From positions 3,434 to 67,433 of the forward strand of contig QNYZ01000036.1 in assembly GCA_003973265.1 (NCBI GenBank): DNA of 64,000 bases, read 5' to 3'. This DNA is from Deltaproteobacteria bacterium (lineage in GTDB: Bacteria > Desulfobacterota > Desulfobacteria > Desulfobacterales > QNYZ01). The notes under the pieces are model-generated. The model searched no databases and was not told the origin of the DNA. It worked only from the letters and a program-made list of their open reading frames with translations. Of this stretch, positions 9,980 through 19,089 are shown piece by piece. Numbering within the stretch: position 1 is the first letter of the stretch; every line of letters begins with the position of its first letter. The translations under genes were made by a program, and so were the position numbers.

Positions 9980-10840
9980 ATGAATCAGGTTCCGGAAAAA
10001 CGGGATCGGGATAATCCTGAGACAGCCCCGACTTCTCCGATTATGCTAAATGGCCGCCAGGCACCGGTTCGGCAGCGGCAGCAGGCAATTTTGAAACTCG
10101 TTCGGGATAAGGGATATGTAACCAACGAATCGTTGGCACGCCATTTTTCGGTGACCCCCCAGACCATTCGGCGCGATATTAATTCCCTGTGCGACAACGG
10201 CTGGCTGCAGCGCTACCATGGGGGCGCCGCCCCCGCGTCGAGCATTGAAAACGTGGCCTATAACGACCGGCGGATTATCTGCCTGGAAGAAAAACAGCGG
10301 ATCGGCGAGATGGTGGCTGCTCAGATTCCCGAAAAAGCCTCGCTTTTCATCAATATCGGCACCACCACTGAAGAGGTGGCCAAAGCGCTTTGCGGCCACC
10401 GCCACCTGCGGGTAATTACCAATAATATCAATGTGGCGGTTATTCTCAGCAAAAACGAAGATTTCGATATCATGGTCACCGGTGGAAAGATTCGCAACCG
10501 GGATTGCGCCCTGTCCGGCGAGGCCACCGTCGATTTTATCCGGCAGTTCAAGGTCGATTACGGGATCATCGGTATCAGTGGGATCGATTCGGACGGCTCG
10601 CTGATGGATTTCGATTATGGCGAAGTTCGGGCAGCCCGGACGATCATCGACAACTCGCGCCGGGTATTCCTGGTGGCCGATCATACCAAGTTCGGCCGCA
10701 AGGCCATGGTGCGTCTGGGCAATATGACCGAAATTGATGCCTTGTTTACCGACCGGGAGCCACCGGTACCCGTGGTGAAGATGATGAAAAACGCCGGCGG
10801 GCAGATCTATACAATCGAAAAATTGCCCCGGGGAAAATAG
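9980..10840 (+). CDS. glpR: DeoR-family glycerol-3-phosphate regulon repressor
   Basis: HTH region RQQAILKLVRDKGYVTNESLARHFSVTPQTIRRDINSLCDNGWLQRYHGGA followed by a DeoR C-terminal sensor domain. AAGGA lies 9 nt upstream of ATG 9980. An alternative start is ATG 10043. Confidence 0.85.
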   Translation: MNQVPEKRDRDNPETAPTSPIMLNGRQAPVRQRQQAILKLVRDKGYVTNESLARHFSVTPQTIRRDINSLCDNGWLQRYHGGAAPASSIENVAYNDRRIICLEEKQRIGEMVAAQIPEKASLFINIGTTTEEVAKALCGHRHLRVITNNINVAVILSKNEDFDIMVTGGKIRNRDCALSGEATVDFIRQFKVDYGIIGISGIDSDGSLMDFDYGEVRAARTIIDNSRRVFLVADHTKFGRKAMVRLGNMTEIDALFTDREPPVPVVKMMKNAGGQIYTIEKLPRGK

Positions 10841-10855
10841 CGATAAAGAACATTC

Positions 10856-10893
10856 AGGGATTAATATTTTCGCTTGCGAAAATATTAATCCCT
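10856..10893. promoter_or_regulatory. Perfect 18-bp inverted repeat between glpR and the glycerol-type ABC operon (candidate GlpR operator)
   Basis: AGGGATTAATATTTTCGC-tt-GCGAAAATATTAATCCCT. It is AT-rich and lacks a following T-tract, so it is unlikely to be a terminator. Confidence 0.6.
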
Positions 10894-10963
10894 TGGTATC
10901 TGTAAATACAGGGAACAAACACCTGAGGCGAACGCCATCGTATGCGAAAGGAAAGCCTTCCCC

Positions 10964-12037
10964 ATGGGTCTGACATTAAAAGATGTCGATAAGGTTGTCG
11001 GCCGGGAAATTTATCTGAAAGATATCAACCTGCATCTGGAGCCGGGTTCACGCAACGTCATCCTGGGGCGGACACTGGCCGGCAAAACCACGCTGCTGCG
11101 GATCATGGCCGGGCTGGACCGCCCCGGCCGGGGACGGATTCGGGTCGGTGAAAAAGACGTAACCGGCGTGTCGGTCCGCAAGCGCAACGTGGCCATGGTT
11201 TACCAGCAGTTTATCAACTACCCTTCCCTGTCTGTTTTTAATAATATTGCCTCACCTTTGAAGCTGGCCGGTCTGAAAAAAGATGAAATCAGCCGGCGCG
11301 TAAATGAAACCGCGGCGATGCTTCATATCGAGGACCTGCTCGACCGTCTTCCCGCCGAGCTTTCCGGCGGTCAGCAGCAGCGCGTGGCCATTGCCCGCGC
11401 CCTGGTCAGAGAAACCGACCTGCTGTTAATGGATGAACCACTGGTCAATCTCGACTATAAGCTCCGCGAAGAACTGCGAATCGAACTTCAGGAAATTTTC
11501 GTCCGGGGAAGGGCGATCGTGGTTTATACCACGACGGAACCGACCGAAGCCCTGATGCTGGGCGGAAATGTCATCGTCATGGATGAGGGCCGCATCCTTC
11601 AAACCGGTCCGACGCCGGAGGTATATCGCCATCCGGCATCGATCCGGGTGGCGGAAGTTTTCAGCGACCCCCCGATTAATTTTTTAAAGGGCACAGTGGC
11701 ATCCGGTTCCGTGCAGATCGGCGAGCGGATGACCATTCCCCTGCTGGGTCATTTGAGAGCGCTGGGCGATGGCGCTTATACGTTCGGCGCCCGTTCCAAC
11801 CACCTTTTCCTGACGCCGAACAACGAAGACGATGTTAAAATTCCGGCCAGGGTGGAATTAACGGAAATCAACGGGTCGGAAACCTTTATCCACGCCCGAT
11901 ATGATGACTTCAGGCTGGTGGTCCAGGAAAAGGGGGTTCGCCATGTGGCCATCGGGAGCGACATCGATATCTATGTCAATCCTGCCGGTTTTTTTGCCTA
12001 TGATGCCGACGGCATCCTGGCGGCGGCACCTGCGTAA
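10964..12037 (+). CDS. ABC transporter ATP-binding protein (MalK/UgpC-like), glycerol-type importer ATPase 1
   Basis: Walker A GRTLAGKTT, signature LSGGQQQRV, Walker B LLLMDEP, and a C-terminal MalK-like regulatory domain. Confidence 0.85.
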   Translation: MGLTLKDVDKVVGREIYLKDINLHLEPGSRNVILGRTLAGKTTLLRIMAGLDRPGRGRIRVGEKDVTGVSVRKRNVAMVYQQFINYPSLSVFNNIASPLKLAGLKKDEISRRVNETAAMLHIEDLLDRLPAELSGGQQQRVAIARALVRETDLLLMDEPLVNLDYKLREELRIELQEIFVRGRAIVVYTTTEPTEALMLGGNVIVMDEGRILQTGPTPEVYRHPASIRVAEVFSDPPINFLKGTVASGSVQIGERMTIPLLGHLRALGDGAYTFGARSNHLFLTPNNEDDVKIPARVELTEINGSETFIHARYDDFRLVVQEKGVRHVAIGSDIDIYVNPAGFFAYDADGILAAAPA

Positions 12038-12110
12038 GCGGTTTTTTGAAAAATAAAACCTTAAATTGAGCGAGAGAGAAATCGCGCCATTCAGCAGCAA
12101 GGAGATGGAA

Positions 12111-13199
12111 ATGGCTCGCATCGAGCTGAGTAAAATTGCCCACAGCTACCACCCGAACCCGGCGGAGCCGGCCGACTATGCCTTAAAGCGGATCCACACC
12201 GTCTGGAAAGACGGCGGTGCCTACGCGCTGTTGGGGCCGTCGGGCTGCGGGAAAACAACGCTGCTCAATATCATCTCCGGCCTGGTAACGCCCAGCCGGG
12301 GGCAGGTGCTTTACGATGATCGGGACGTCACCCCGCTGCCACCGGAAAAGCGGAATATCGCCCAGGTTTTCCAGTTTCCCGTCCTCTACGACACCATGTC
12401 GGTATACAATAATCTGGCGTTTCCCCTGCGAAACCGGAAGATGAGTGACGCCCGGATCAAAGAACGCGTCCTGGAAGTGGCCGACAGCCTTGATTTGACG
12501 CCTTTTCTTAATAAGAAGGCCGCCGGGCTGGCGGCGGATGCCAAGCAGAAAATTTCCCTGGGCCGAGGCCTGGTAAGAAGCGATGTGGCGGCGATTCTTT
12601 TTGATGAACCGCTGACGGTCATTGATCCCCAGATGAAATGGGAGCTGCGCCGCAAGCTCAAGGAGATCCACGAGCAACTCAAACTGACATTCATTTACGT
12701 AACCCATGATCAGACGGAAGCACTGACCTTTGCCGACCAGGTAGCGGTGATGTTTGAAGGGGAGATCGTCCAGCTCGGGTCCCCTCAGGATCTTTTCGAA
12801 AATCCCGAACATCGGTTCGTCGGCTATTTCATCGGCAGCCCGGGAATGAATTTTCTAAAATGCACGATCGAGGGAGCCAGCGCGCACATCGACGGCGCCG
12901 GCTGCATCGAACTTGCACCGGAAATCGCCGAAAAGGGACGAAAGGCCGATGGAAAACTGGAGATCGGCATCCGGCCCATGTACCTTAAGATTCACACCCG
13001 CTGGACCAAAGGCATGCTCAAGGCCGGAGTGAAAGGGGTTGAGGATCTGGGTAGTTACCGGATTGTCACCCTGGATGTGGCCGGAAGAACGTTAAAGGCC
13101 ATGCTCTCCGAGAGCGAAGCCGTACCCGAAGGAACGGTGGGCGTTTCTTTTCCCCGCCAGTGGATCCGGCTGTTCGAAGATGGCTGGTTAATCAAATAA
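12111..13199 (+). CDS. ABC transporter ATP-binding protein (MalK/UgpC-like), glycerol-type importer ATPase 2
   Basis: Walker A GPSGCGKTT and Walker B ILFDEP. AAGGAG lies 7 nt upstream of ATG 12111. The track ORF starts at TTG 12066. Confidence 0.85.
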   Translation: MARIELSKIAHSYHPNPAEPADYALKRIHTVWKDGGAYALLGPSGCGKTTLLNIISGLVTPSRGQVLYDDRDVTPLPPEKRNIAQVFQFPVLYDTMSVYNNLAFPLRNRKMSDARIKERVLEVADSLDLTPFLNKKAAGLAADAKQKISLGRGLVRSDVAAILFDEPLTVIDPQMKWELRRKLKEIHEQLKLTFIYVTHDQTEALTFADQVAVMFEGEIVQLGSPQDLFENPEHRFVGYFIGSPGMNFLKCTIEGASAHIDGAGCIELAPEIAEKGRKADGKLEIGIRPMYLKIHTRWTKGMLKAGVKGVEDLGSYRIVTLDVAGRTLKAMLSESEAVPEGTVGVSFPRQWIRLFEDGWLIK

Positions 13200-13211
13200 A
13201 GGAGTCAATGC

Positions 13212-14087
13212 ATGGAGAAATGGCCCGATAACAAGGCCTGGCTGCTGGTATTGCCGGTGTTTGTCATTGTTGCCTTCAGTGCCATCATACCGCTGTTAAC
13301 CGTGATCAACTATTCGGTTCAGGATATCTTCGGACCGGGGCAGAGCGTATTTGTCGGGGTCGACTGGTTCCGGGAAATGCTGCAGGACTACCGGTTGCGC
13401 GAAGCCCTCTGGCGGCAGTTTCTCTTTTCCGGCCTTGTCCTGATTATCGAGATCCCGCTGGGCGTGCTCATCGCCCTGGCCATGCCGAAACGGGGGTGGA
13501 AAGCCTCGGCTGCGCTGGTCACCCTGGCATTACCGCTGCTGATTCCCTGGAATACCATCGGTACGATCTGGATTATTTTCACCCGTCCGGATATCGGTCT
13601 GCTGGGTGCCGTAATCAACAATCTGCTGGGCATCCCGTTTGACCATACGGCCAGCCCTCTTGATGCATGGATTACGGTGATGCTGATGGAAGTCTGGCAC
13701 TGGACCCCGCTGGTCGCCCTGCTGGCCTATTCGGGATTGCGTGCCATCCCGGAAGCATACTACCAGGCCGCCCGGATTGACGGCGCCTCCGCCTGGTCTA
13801 CTTTTTTGTATGTCCAGCTCCCCAAGATGCGGGGCGTCTTAACCATCGCTTTTCTGCTCCGCTTTATGGACAGCTTTCTGATTTACGCGGAACCGTTTGT
13901 TCTAACGGGGGGCGGACCCGGAAATTCAACGACCTTTCTCTCCCTCTACCTGGTCAAAATTGCCCTGCTGCAGTTTGACCTGGGGCCGGGCGCGGCATTT
14001 TCGCTGATCTACTTTATCATCGTTCTGCTGTTCAGTTTCATCTTTTATCAGGCCCTGCAACGTGTCGGCAAAGGAGAAACCGTATGA
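13212..14087 (+). CDS. ABC transporter permease (MalF/UgpA-type)
   Basis: 291 aa, multiple TM helices, EAA-like loop AYYQAARIDGASAWSTFLYVQLP. Confidence 0.85.
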   Translation: MEKWPDNKAWLLVLPVFVIVAFSAIIPLLTVINYSVQDIFGPGQSVFVGVDWFREMLQDYRLREALWRQFLFSGLVLIIEIPLGVLIALAMPKRGWKASAALVTLALPLLIPWNTIGTIWIIFTRPDIGLLGAVINNLLGIPFDHTASPLDAWITVMLMEVWHWTPLVALLAYSGLRAIPEAYYQAARIDGASAWSTFLYVQLPKMRGVLTIAFLLRFMDSFLIYAEPFVLTGGGPGNSTTFLSLYLVKIALLQFDLGPGAAFSLIYFIIVLLFSFIFYQALQRVGKGETV

Positions 14088-14887
14088 AAGTAAGGAAACG
14101 AAGCATCGCTCTGGGCATCTACTATTTCCTTTTGCTGCTGCCGATTTACTGGATGCTCAACATGTCTTTGCGGACCAACGCCAGTATCCTGGCTACGTTC
14201 TCGCTTTTTCCCACCGACTTCACGTTGGAAAACTATATCAAAATTTTCACCGACGCATCCTGGTACATGGGATATGTCAATGCAATTATCTATGTCGGTA
14301 TGAACACGGTCATTTCCCTGACCGTGGCCCTGCCGGCGGCCTACGCGTTTTCCCGCTACCAGTTTGTCGGCGACAAACAGATGTTTTTCTGGCTGCTGAC
14401 CAACCGCATGGCGCCGGCGGCGGTTTTTGCACTCCCTTTTTTCCAGCTCTACTCCTCGGTGGGTCTGCTCGATACGCATATCGCGGTAGCGCTGGCCCAT
14501 TGTCTGTTTAACGTGCCGCTCTCCGTCTGGATCCTCGAGGGGTTCATGTCGGGGGTTCCCAGGGAGATAGATGAGACCGCCTTTATCGACGGGTACAGTC
14601 TTCCCCGGTTTTTTATCACGATCTTTATTCCACTGATCAAAGCCGGGGTCGGCGTAACGGCTTTTTTCTGCTTCATGTTCAGCTGGGTGGAACTGCTTCT
14701 GGCCCGAACCCTGACGGTGACCAACGCCAAACCGATCTCGGCCATCATGACGCGTACCATCAGCGCCACCGGGCTGGACTATGGCCTGCTGGCCGCCGCC
14801 GGTATTCTGACGATTCTACCGGGAGCGCTGGTCATCTGGTTTGTGCGCAATTATATGGCCAAGGGATTTGCCCTGGGAAGGGTGTAG
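14084..14887 (+). CDS. ABC transporter permease (MalG/UgpE-type)
   Basis: 267 aa, EAA loop IDETAFIDGYSLPRFFITIFIPL. The start overlaps the upstream stop by 4 nt. Confidence 0.85.
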   Translation: MKVRKRSIALGIYYFLLLLPIYWMLNMSLRTNASILATFSLFPTDFTLENYIKIFTDASWYMGYVNAIIYVGMNTVISLTVALPAAYAFSRYQFVGDKQMFFWLLTNRMAPAAVFALPFFQLYSSVGLLDTHIAVALAHCLFNVPLSVWILEGFMSGVPREIDETAFIDGYSLPRFFITIFIPLIKAGVGVTAFFCFMFSWVELLLARTLTVTNAKPISAIMTRTISATGLDYGLLAAAGILTILPGALVIWFVRNYMAKGFALGRV

Positions 14888-15001
14888 GGATTGGTGGCTG
14901 AAGTATCTCAAATAACACGCAGATCACAATTGTAATTAAAGTATTAACAGCACAAAACGATTTCCGGAAACAGGAAATCGTCAATTAAAGGGGTTTTCAC
15001 G

Positions 15002-15286
15002 ATGACGTTCACTTTGAAATGGATGGAATGGACCTTACCGACGGCGATTTTCTGCGGGACAATTTTTTTGACCGTAATCGCTATGACAATCTGGCAGACG
15101 GTATCGCCCTCCATGGAACGCCGTGGGTTTTTACCGATCCCGACGACACCGGGTGACCGGCTCTTTATCGGCATCCTGTCGAGCTGTTACCTTTTCCTGG
15201 CCTGGGTCGGATTCACCCAATGGAATCTCTGGGTTCTGCCCGCCATTATTCTCTGCTGGATTCTGGTGGTAATGCGCTGGGGGTAA
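15002..15286 (+). CDS. DUF2160 small integral membrane protein (accessory subunit of glycerol-type ABC importers)
   Basis: 94 aa. WMEWTLPTA...ERRGFLPIPTTPGDRLFIG...VVMRWG matches the DUF2160 pattern as I recall it, and the gene sits in the conserved position between the permeases and the binding protein. Confidence 0.75.
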   Translation: MTFTLKWMEWTLPTAIFCGTIFLTVIAMTIWQTVSPSMERRGFLPIPTTPGDRLFIGILSSCYLFLAWVGFTQWNLWVLPAIILCWILVVMRWG

Positions 15287-15406
15287 GGACGATGAACAAG
15301 ACGATTTTTCCAGGGATATATCTGCCGGTGTCTGTGGGCCTTCGCACCGGCTATATTTTCCTGGGCGTAAAAAAACAACGATTGAAGGCCTAGAGGAGGT
15401 GACCCC

Positions 15407-17155
15407 ATGCGTGGGAAATTATTAAAGAAAGCAGGTCGGATAGTGTTCATGGGCGCCATGCTGGCGGCGATGATCGGGTTCCTTGCCGGGCCGGTGAATG
15501 CGGATATGGCGGCCGCAAAGAAATGGGTAAACGACGAATTTCAGCCGTCGACCCTGACCAAGGCAGAACAGATGAAGGAGATGGAGTGGTTTATCAAAGC
15601 CGCCGAACCGTTTAAAGGTATGCATATCAAGGTGGTATCGGAAACCATACCGACCCACGAGTACGAATCCAAAGTGCTGGCCAAGGCGTTTGAAGAGATT
15701 ACCGGAATCAAGGTTTCCCATGACCTCATCCAGGAAGGGGACGTCATCGAGAAGCTGCAGACCCAGTGGGCATCAGGAAAGAACATCTACGATGCCTACA
15801 TCAACGATTCCGACCTGATCGGCACTCACTGGCGGTATGATTTCGTGGTTCCCCTAAGCGATTTCATGGCCGGCGAAGGCAAGGACGTGACGCTTCCGAC
15901 CCTGGACGTCGATGACTTTATCGGGAAATCGTTTACCACCGGACCGGACGGCAAGCTCTACCAGCTTCCCGATCAGCAGTTCGCCAATCTCTACTGGTTC
16001 CGGTATGACTGGTTTAAACGGCCGGATTTCAAAAAGCAGTTTAAAGAAATCTACGGGTACGAGCTGGGCGTTCCGGTTAACTGGTCGGCCTATGAAGATA
16101 TCGCCGATTTTTTTACCAACCATGTCAAGGAAATCGACGGGAAACGGGTCTACGGGCATAACGACTATGGCAAGAAAGCCCCGGATCTGGGATGGCGGTT
16201 TACCGATGCCTGGCTCTCCATGGCCGGTGCCGGTGACAAAGGACTTCCCAATGGCAAGCCGGTGGACGAATGGGGCATCCGGGTCGATGAAAACGACCGG
16301 CCTGTGGGCTCCAGTGTCTCCAGGGGCGGTGCGGCCAACGGTCCCGCGGCCAAGTACGCACTCCGGAAATATATGGAATGGCTCCGCAAATACGCACCGC
16401 CGGGCACGCTCGGAATGGATTTTTATACCTACCTGCCGTTTCTGGCCAAGGGTAACGTGGCTCAGCAGATTTTCTGGTACACGGCCTTTACCGCCACCAT
16501 GGTTAAACCGGGCCCCACGGTTAACGAAGACGGCACCCCCAAATGGCGGATGGCGCCCTCACCCCATGGCCCCTACTGGGAAAAAGGGATGAAACTGGGG
16601 TATCAGGATTGCGGTTCATGGACACTGTTTAAAAGCACCCCCCTGAAGCGCCGCAAGGCGGCATGGCTCTATGCGCAATTCTGTGTCGCCAAGACCACGT
16701 CGCTCAAAAAGAGTCACGTTGGGCTGACGATCATCCGGGAAAGCGATATTCAGGACGAATCTTTCACCAAACGGGCACCCAAGCTCGGCGGGCTGGTAGA
16801 ATTCTACCGCAGTCCGGCGCGGGTGGCCTGGACGCCGACCGGTACCAACGTGCCGGACTATCCGAAACTGGCCCAGTTGTGGTGGCAGAATATCGGTGAG
16901 GCGGTTTCCGGTGAAGTGACCGTCGATCGGGCCATGGATAATCTGGCCCGGGAGCAGGACAAGGTCATGGCGCGGATTGAACGCTCCGGCGTTCAGGGGA
17001 ACAAGGGACCCAAGCTGAACAAAGAGAAAGATCCCTCTTACTGGCTGAAGCAACCGGGTTCGCCCAAGGCGAAGCTTGCCAATGAGAAACCCAAAGGCCA
17101 GACTATTGACTACGACAAGTTGATTCAGGCCTGGCGCGAGGGGCGGGTTCAGTAA
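15407..17155 (+). CDS. Large extracellular solute-binding protein of the glycerol-type ABC importer
   Basis: 582 aa with a signal peptide (GRIVFMGAMLAAMIGFLAGPVNA) and a GAGGAGG RBS. It is the last gene of the six-gene transporter cluster. Confidence 0.85.
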   Translation: MRGKLLKKAGRIVFMGAMLAAMIGFLAGPVNADMAAAKKWVNDEFQPSTLTKAEQMKEMEWFIKAAEPFKGMHIKVVSETIPTHEYESKVLAKAFEEITGIKVSHDLIQEGDVIEKLQTQWASGKNIYDAYINDSDLIGTHWRYDFVVPLSDFMAGEGKDVTLPTLDVDDFIGKSFTTGPDGKLYQLPDQQFANLYWFRYDWFKRPDFKKQFKEIYGYELGVPVNWSAYEDIADFFTNHVKEIDGKRVYGHNDYGKKAPDLGWRFTDAWLSMAGAGDKGLPNGKPVDEWGIRVDENDRPVGSSVSRGGAANGPAAKYALRKYMEWLRKYAPPGTLGMDFYTYLPFLAKGNVAQQIFWYTAFTATMVKPGPTVNEDGTPKWRMAPSPHGPYWEKGMKLGYQDCGSWTLFKSTPLKRRKAAWLYAQFCVAKTTSLKKSHVGLTIIRESDIQDESFTKRAPKLGGLVEFYRSPARVAWTPTGTNVPDYPKLAQLWWQNIGEAVSGEVTVDRAMDNLAREQDKVMARIERSGVQGNKGPKLNKEKDPSYWLKQPGSPKAKLANEKPKGQTIDYDKLIQAWREGRVQ

Positions 17156-17183
17156 CCGTTGGAATTGTAACTTTTCAAAAAAC

Positions 17184-17213
17184 AAAGGGTGGTTCCGCAA
17201 GGGGCCGCCCTTT
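17184..17213. terminator. 13-bp GC-rich hairpin with a GCAA (GNRA) tetraloop; the strong T-tract lies on the minus-strand side
   Basis: AAAGGGTGGTTCC-GCAA-GGGGCCGCCCTTT (three G:U pairs). Read on the plus strand it is followed by only TTT-C. Read on the minus strand it is followed by GTTTTTTG. Confidence 0.55.
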
Positions 17214-17234
17214 CTGCCTAGGGCAAAAAACAGT

Positions 17235-17566
17235 ATGCAGCTTCAACATATCAGCCGTATCCACGACCAATCCTTCCTCATCGACGCCTTTGTTCATGAT
17301 GATCCGGATCAACGCACGCTGGCAACATTGATCGATCACGTGGATCGGGTGGGGATTGACCATGTGGGCATCGGCCTTGACCTGTGCGACCATGTCAACG
17401 ACTACCATCACACCCCAAAGCGTTCGTTACCCGTGATCTCATCCCGGATCATGGCCACCTGGTCGATATCACGGCCGGATTAATTGAACGGGGATATACG
17501 GACGACGATATCATGGCCATCCTTGGCGGTAATTTTCGCCGTGTTTTTACGCAAATTAGCGGATAG
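17235..17566 (+). pseudogene. Remnant of a membrane dipeptidase (peptidase M19): C-terminal third only, with an internal frameshift
   Basis: Frame A reads ...TLATLIDHVDRVGIDHVGIGLDLCDHVNDY.... Frame B, from ~17415, reads ...RDLIPDHGHLVDITAGLIERGYTDDDIMAILGGNFRRVF. Together these match the conserved M19 C-terminus (IDHVGIGSDFDG ... L.RGYSEEDI.KILGGNFLRVF). No N-terminal ~220 aa is present. Confidence 0.6.
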
Positions 17567-17711
17567 TCCGATCCTTTATCTGTGACCGGAAAAGATTCGG
17601 TTCAACGACCGATTCTTGACTAATGACCGGATAACCGCTATCTCCTTGATGCACAAAGATGAAACGAGACATCATGGAAATCGAATTGACGAAACACAAA
17701 AGGAGGATGTT

Positions 17712-18938
17712 ATGAAGATGAACAAGCGATTGCCGGTGGTTTTCGTCGCAATCTTGTTAATGGGCCTGGTTTTTGCGCCCCTGGCGCCGGCCGCGACGCC
17801 GGTAAAAATCGGATTTGTCTACATCATGTCCGGACCGTTTTCCGCCTATGGCCAATTTGCCAAAAAAGGTGCCGAACTGGCCGTGGCTGAAATCAACGCG
17901 GCCGGCGGAATCAACGGCCATCCGGTGGAGGCCTATTTCGAAGATTCAACCGGGAAACCGGATGTCGCCATCCGCGCCTTTCGCAAACTGGTCTTCCAGG
18001 AGAAGGTTAACTATCTCATCGGACTTGATTCAAGCGGCGTGGCCAAAACGGTAGTCCCCTCGATCCCCCAGATGAAAACCCCCCTGATTATCACCCATGC
18101 CGCCACCCCGGATGTCACGGGCAGCGTGTGTAACCGGTATGTGTTTCGGATTTCGGTCAATCTTGCCCAGAATGTGAAGGCCGCTTCGCTTCTGGCCGCT
18201 GAAACCGGCGCCACGACCTGGACCACCGTGGGACCGGATTATGCCTTCGGTCACCAGTCGTGGGAATACTTTGAAAAATATTTAAAGGCGATCAAGCCTG
18301 GCATGACTTTTCTGCCCAAGGATGAAGTGGCCTTTCCGCCTTTTAAAACAACGGATTTCAGCCCGTATATCAACAAGGTCATGCAGTCCAAAGCCGATGG
18401 TGTTCTGGTCTCCCTGTGGGGCGGCAACCTGATCGATTTTGTTCGCCAGGGCAAGGAAATGGGGCTGTTCAACGGCAAAAAACAGATCCTGATTACCCTG
18501 GGCGCGGCTGTCGAGGTGCTGGGCGCCCTGAAAGACAAAATGCCCGAGGGCCTCTGGGTCGGTACCCGCTACTGGTTTCTGGCCAATGATTCGGCCCGCA
18601 ACACGGCCTTTGTCAAGGCCTACCATGACCGGTACGGCGAATACCCCTCCTACAACGCCCACGGGGCCTACGGCGCGGTTTATACGTATAAAGCCGCCGC
18701 CGAAAAAGCCGGTTCCATTGACAAGGAAAAAATCATCGATGCCCTCGAGGGTCTGACCGTGGAACTTCCCGTGGGCAAGATCACCATCCGCCCCGAAGAT
18801 CATCAGGCCCTGACCGATGCCTGCTGGGGAAAAACCGCCGCGGATCCCGCCTACCCGATCCGGGTGCTGAAGCCGATCAAGATATTCAAGGCCGCGGATG
18901 TTACCCCGTCTGTGACAGACGCCGGGTGTAAGAAATAA
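17712..18938 (+). CDS. LIV-type (type I periplasmic binding fold) ABC substrate-binding protein
   Basis: AAGGAGG RBS before ATG 17712. Signal peptide MKMNKRLPVVFVAILLMGLVFAPLAPAA, then the VKIGFVYIMSGPFSAYG pattern typical of LivK/amide-urea-type binding proteins. Confidence 0.8.
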   Translation: MKMNKRLPVVFVAILLMGLVFAPLAPAATPVKIGFVYIMSGPFSAYGQFAKKGAELAVAEINAAGGINGHPVEAYFEDSTGKPDVAIRAFRKLVFQEKVNYLIGLDSSGVAKTVVPSIPQMKTPLIITHAATPDVTGSVCNRYVFRISVNLAQNVKAASLLAAETGATTWTTVGPDYAFGHQSWEYFEKYLKAIKPGMTFLPKDEVAFPPFKTTDFSPYINKVMQSKADGVLVSLWGGNLIDFVRQGKEMGLFNGKKQILITLGAAVEVLGALKDKMPEGLWVGTRYWFLANDSARNTAFVKAYHDRYGEYPSYNAHGAYGAVYTYKAAAEKAGSIDKEKIIDALEGLTVELPVGKITIRPEDHQALTDACWGKTAADPAYPIRVLKPIKIFKAADVTPSVTDAGCKK

Positions 18939-18973
18939 TCATCACCGGAGGGTCATCATCCGCTGGTTGCCCG

Positions 18974-19006
18974 CTTGCGTCCCTCTTTTTCCCGGGGGGA
19001 CGCAAG
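18974..19006 (+). other. Intercistronic stem-loop between the binding-protein gene and the permease genes
   Basis: CTTGCGTCCC-N13-GGGACGCAAG, a 10-bp perfect stem. This is the typical position for elements that stabilise or attenuate the upstream SBP transcript. Confidence 0.5.
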
Positions 19007-19089
19007 GTGGTATGCTTAGTGGTGAATCATGCGCCTGTCCATTGATTTGCCGGTGGGAAACGGCGCTGCAGACGAAGAAACACGCATAA

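Noticed and set aside
10046-10918. 290-aa ORF on the minus strand, opposite glpR
   Set aside because: It is antisense to a gene with clear DeoR/GlpR motifs. Its composition is Gly/Pro/Arg/Ala-rich and low in complexity, as is typical of GC-driven shadow ORFs, and no motif was recognised.
12183-12812. 209-aa minus-strand ORF inside the second ABC ATPase gene
   Set aside because: The plus-strand frame has the Walker A, signature and Walker B motifs. The antisense ORF has no motifs.
15292-15393. 33-codon hydrophobic ORF (MNKTIFPGIYLPVSVGLRTGYIFLGVKKQRLKA) between the DUF2160 and SBP genes
   Set aside because: It is too short to support without conservation or expression data, and its AAGGA is only 2 nt from the ATG. 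It is mentioned under the transporter finding only.
16616-17200. 194-aa minus-strand ORF at the end of the large SBP gene
   Set aside because: It overlaps the well-supported SBP frame. It runs through the terminator hairpin and has no RBS or motifs.
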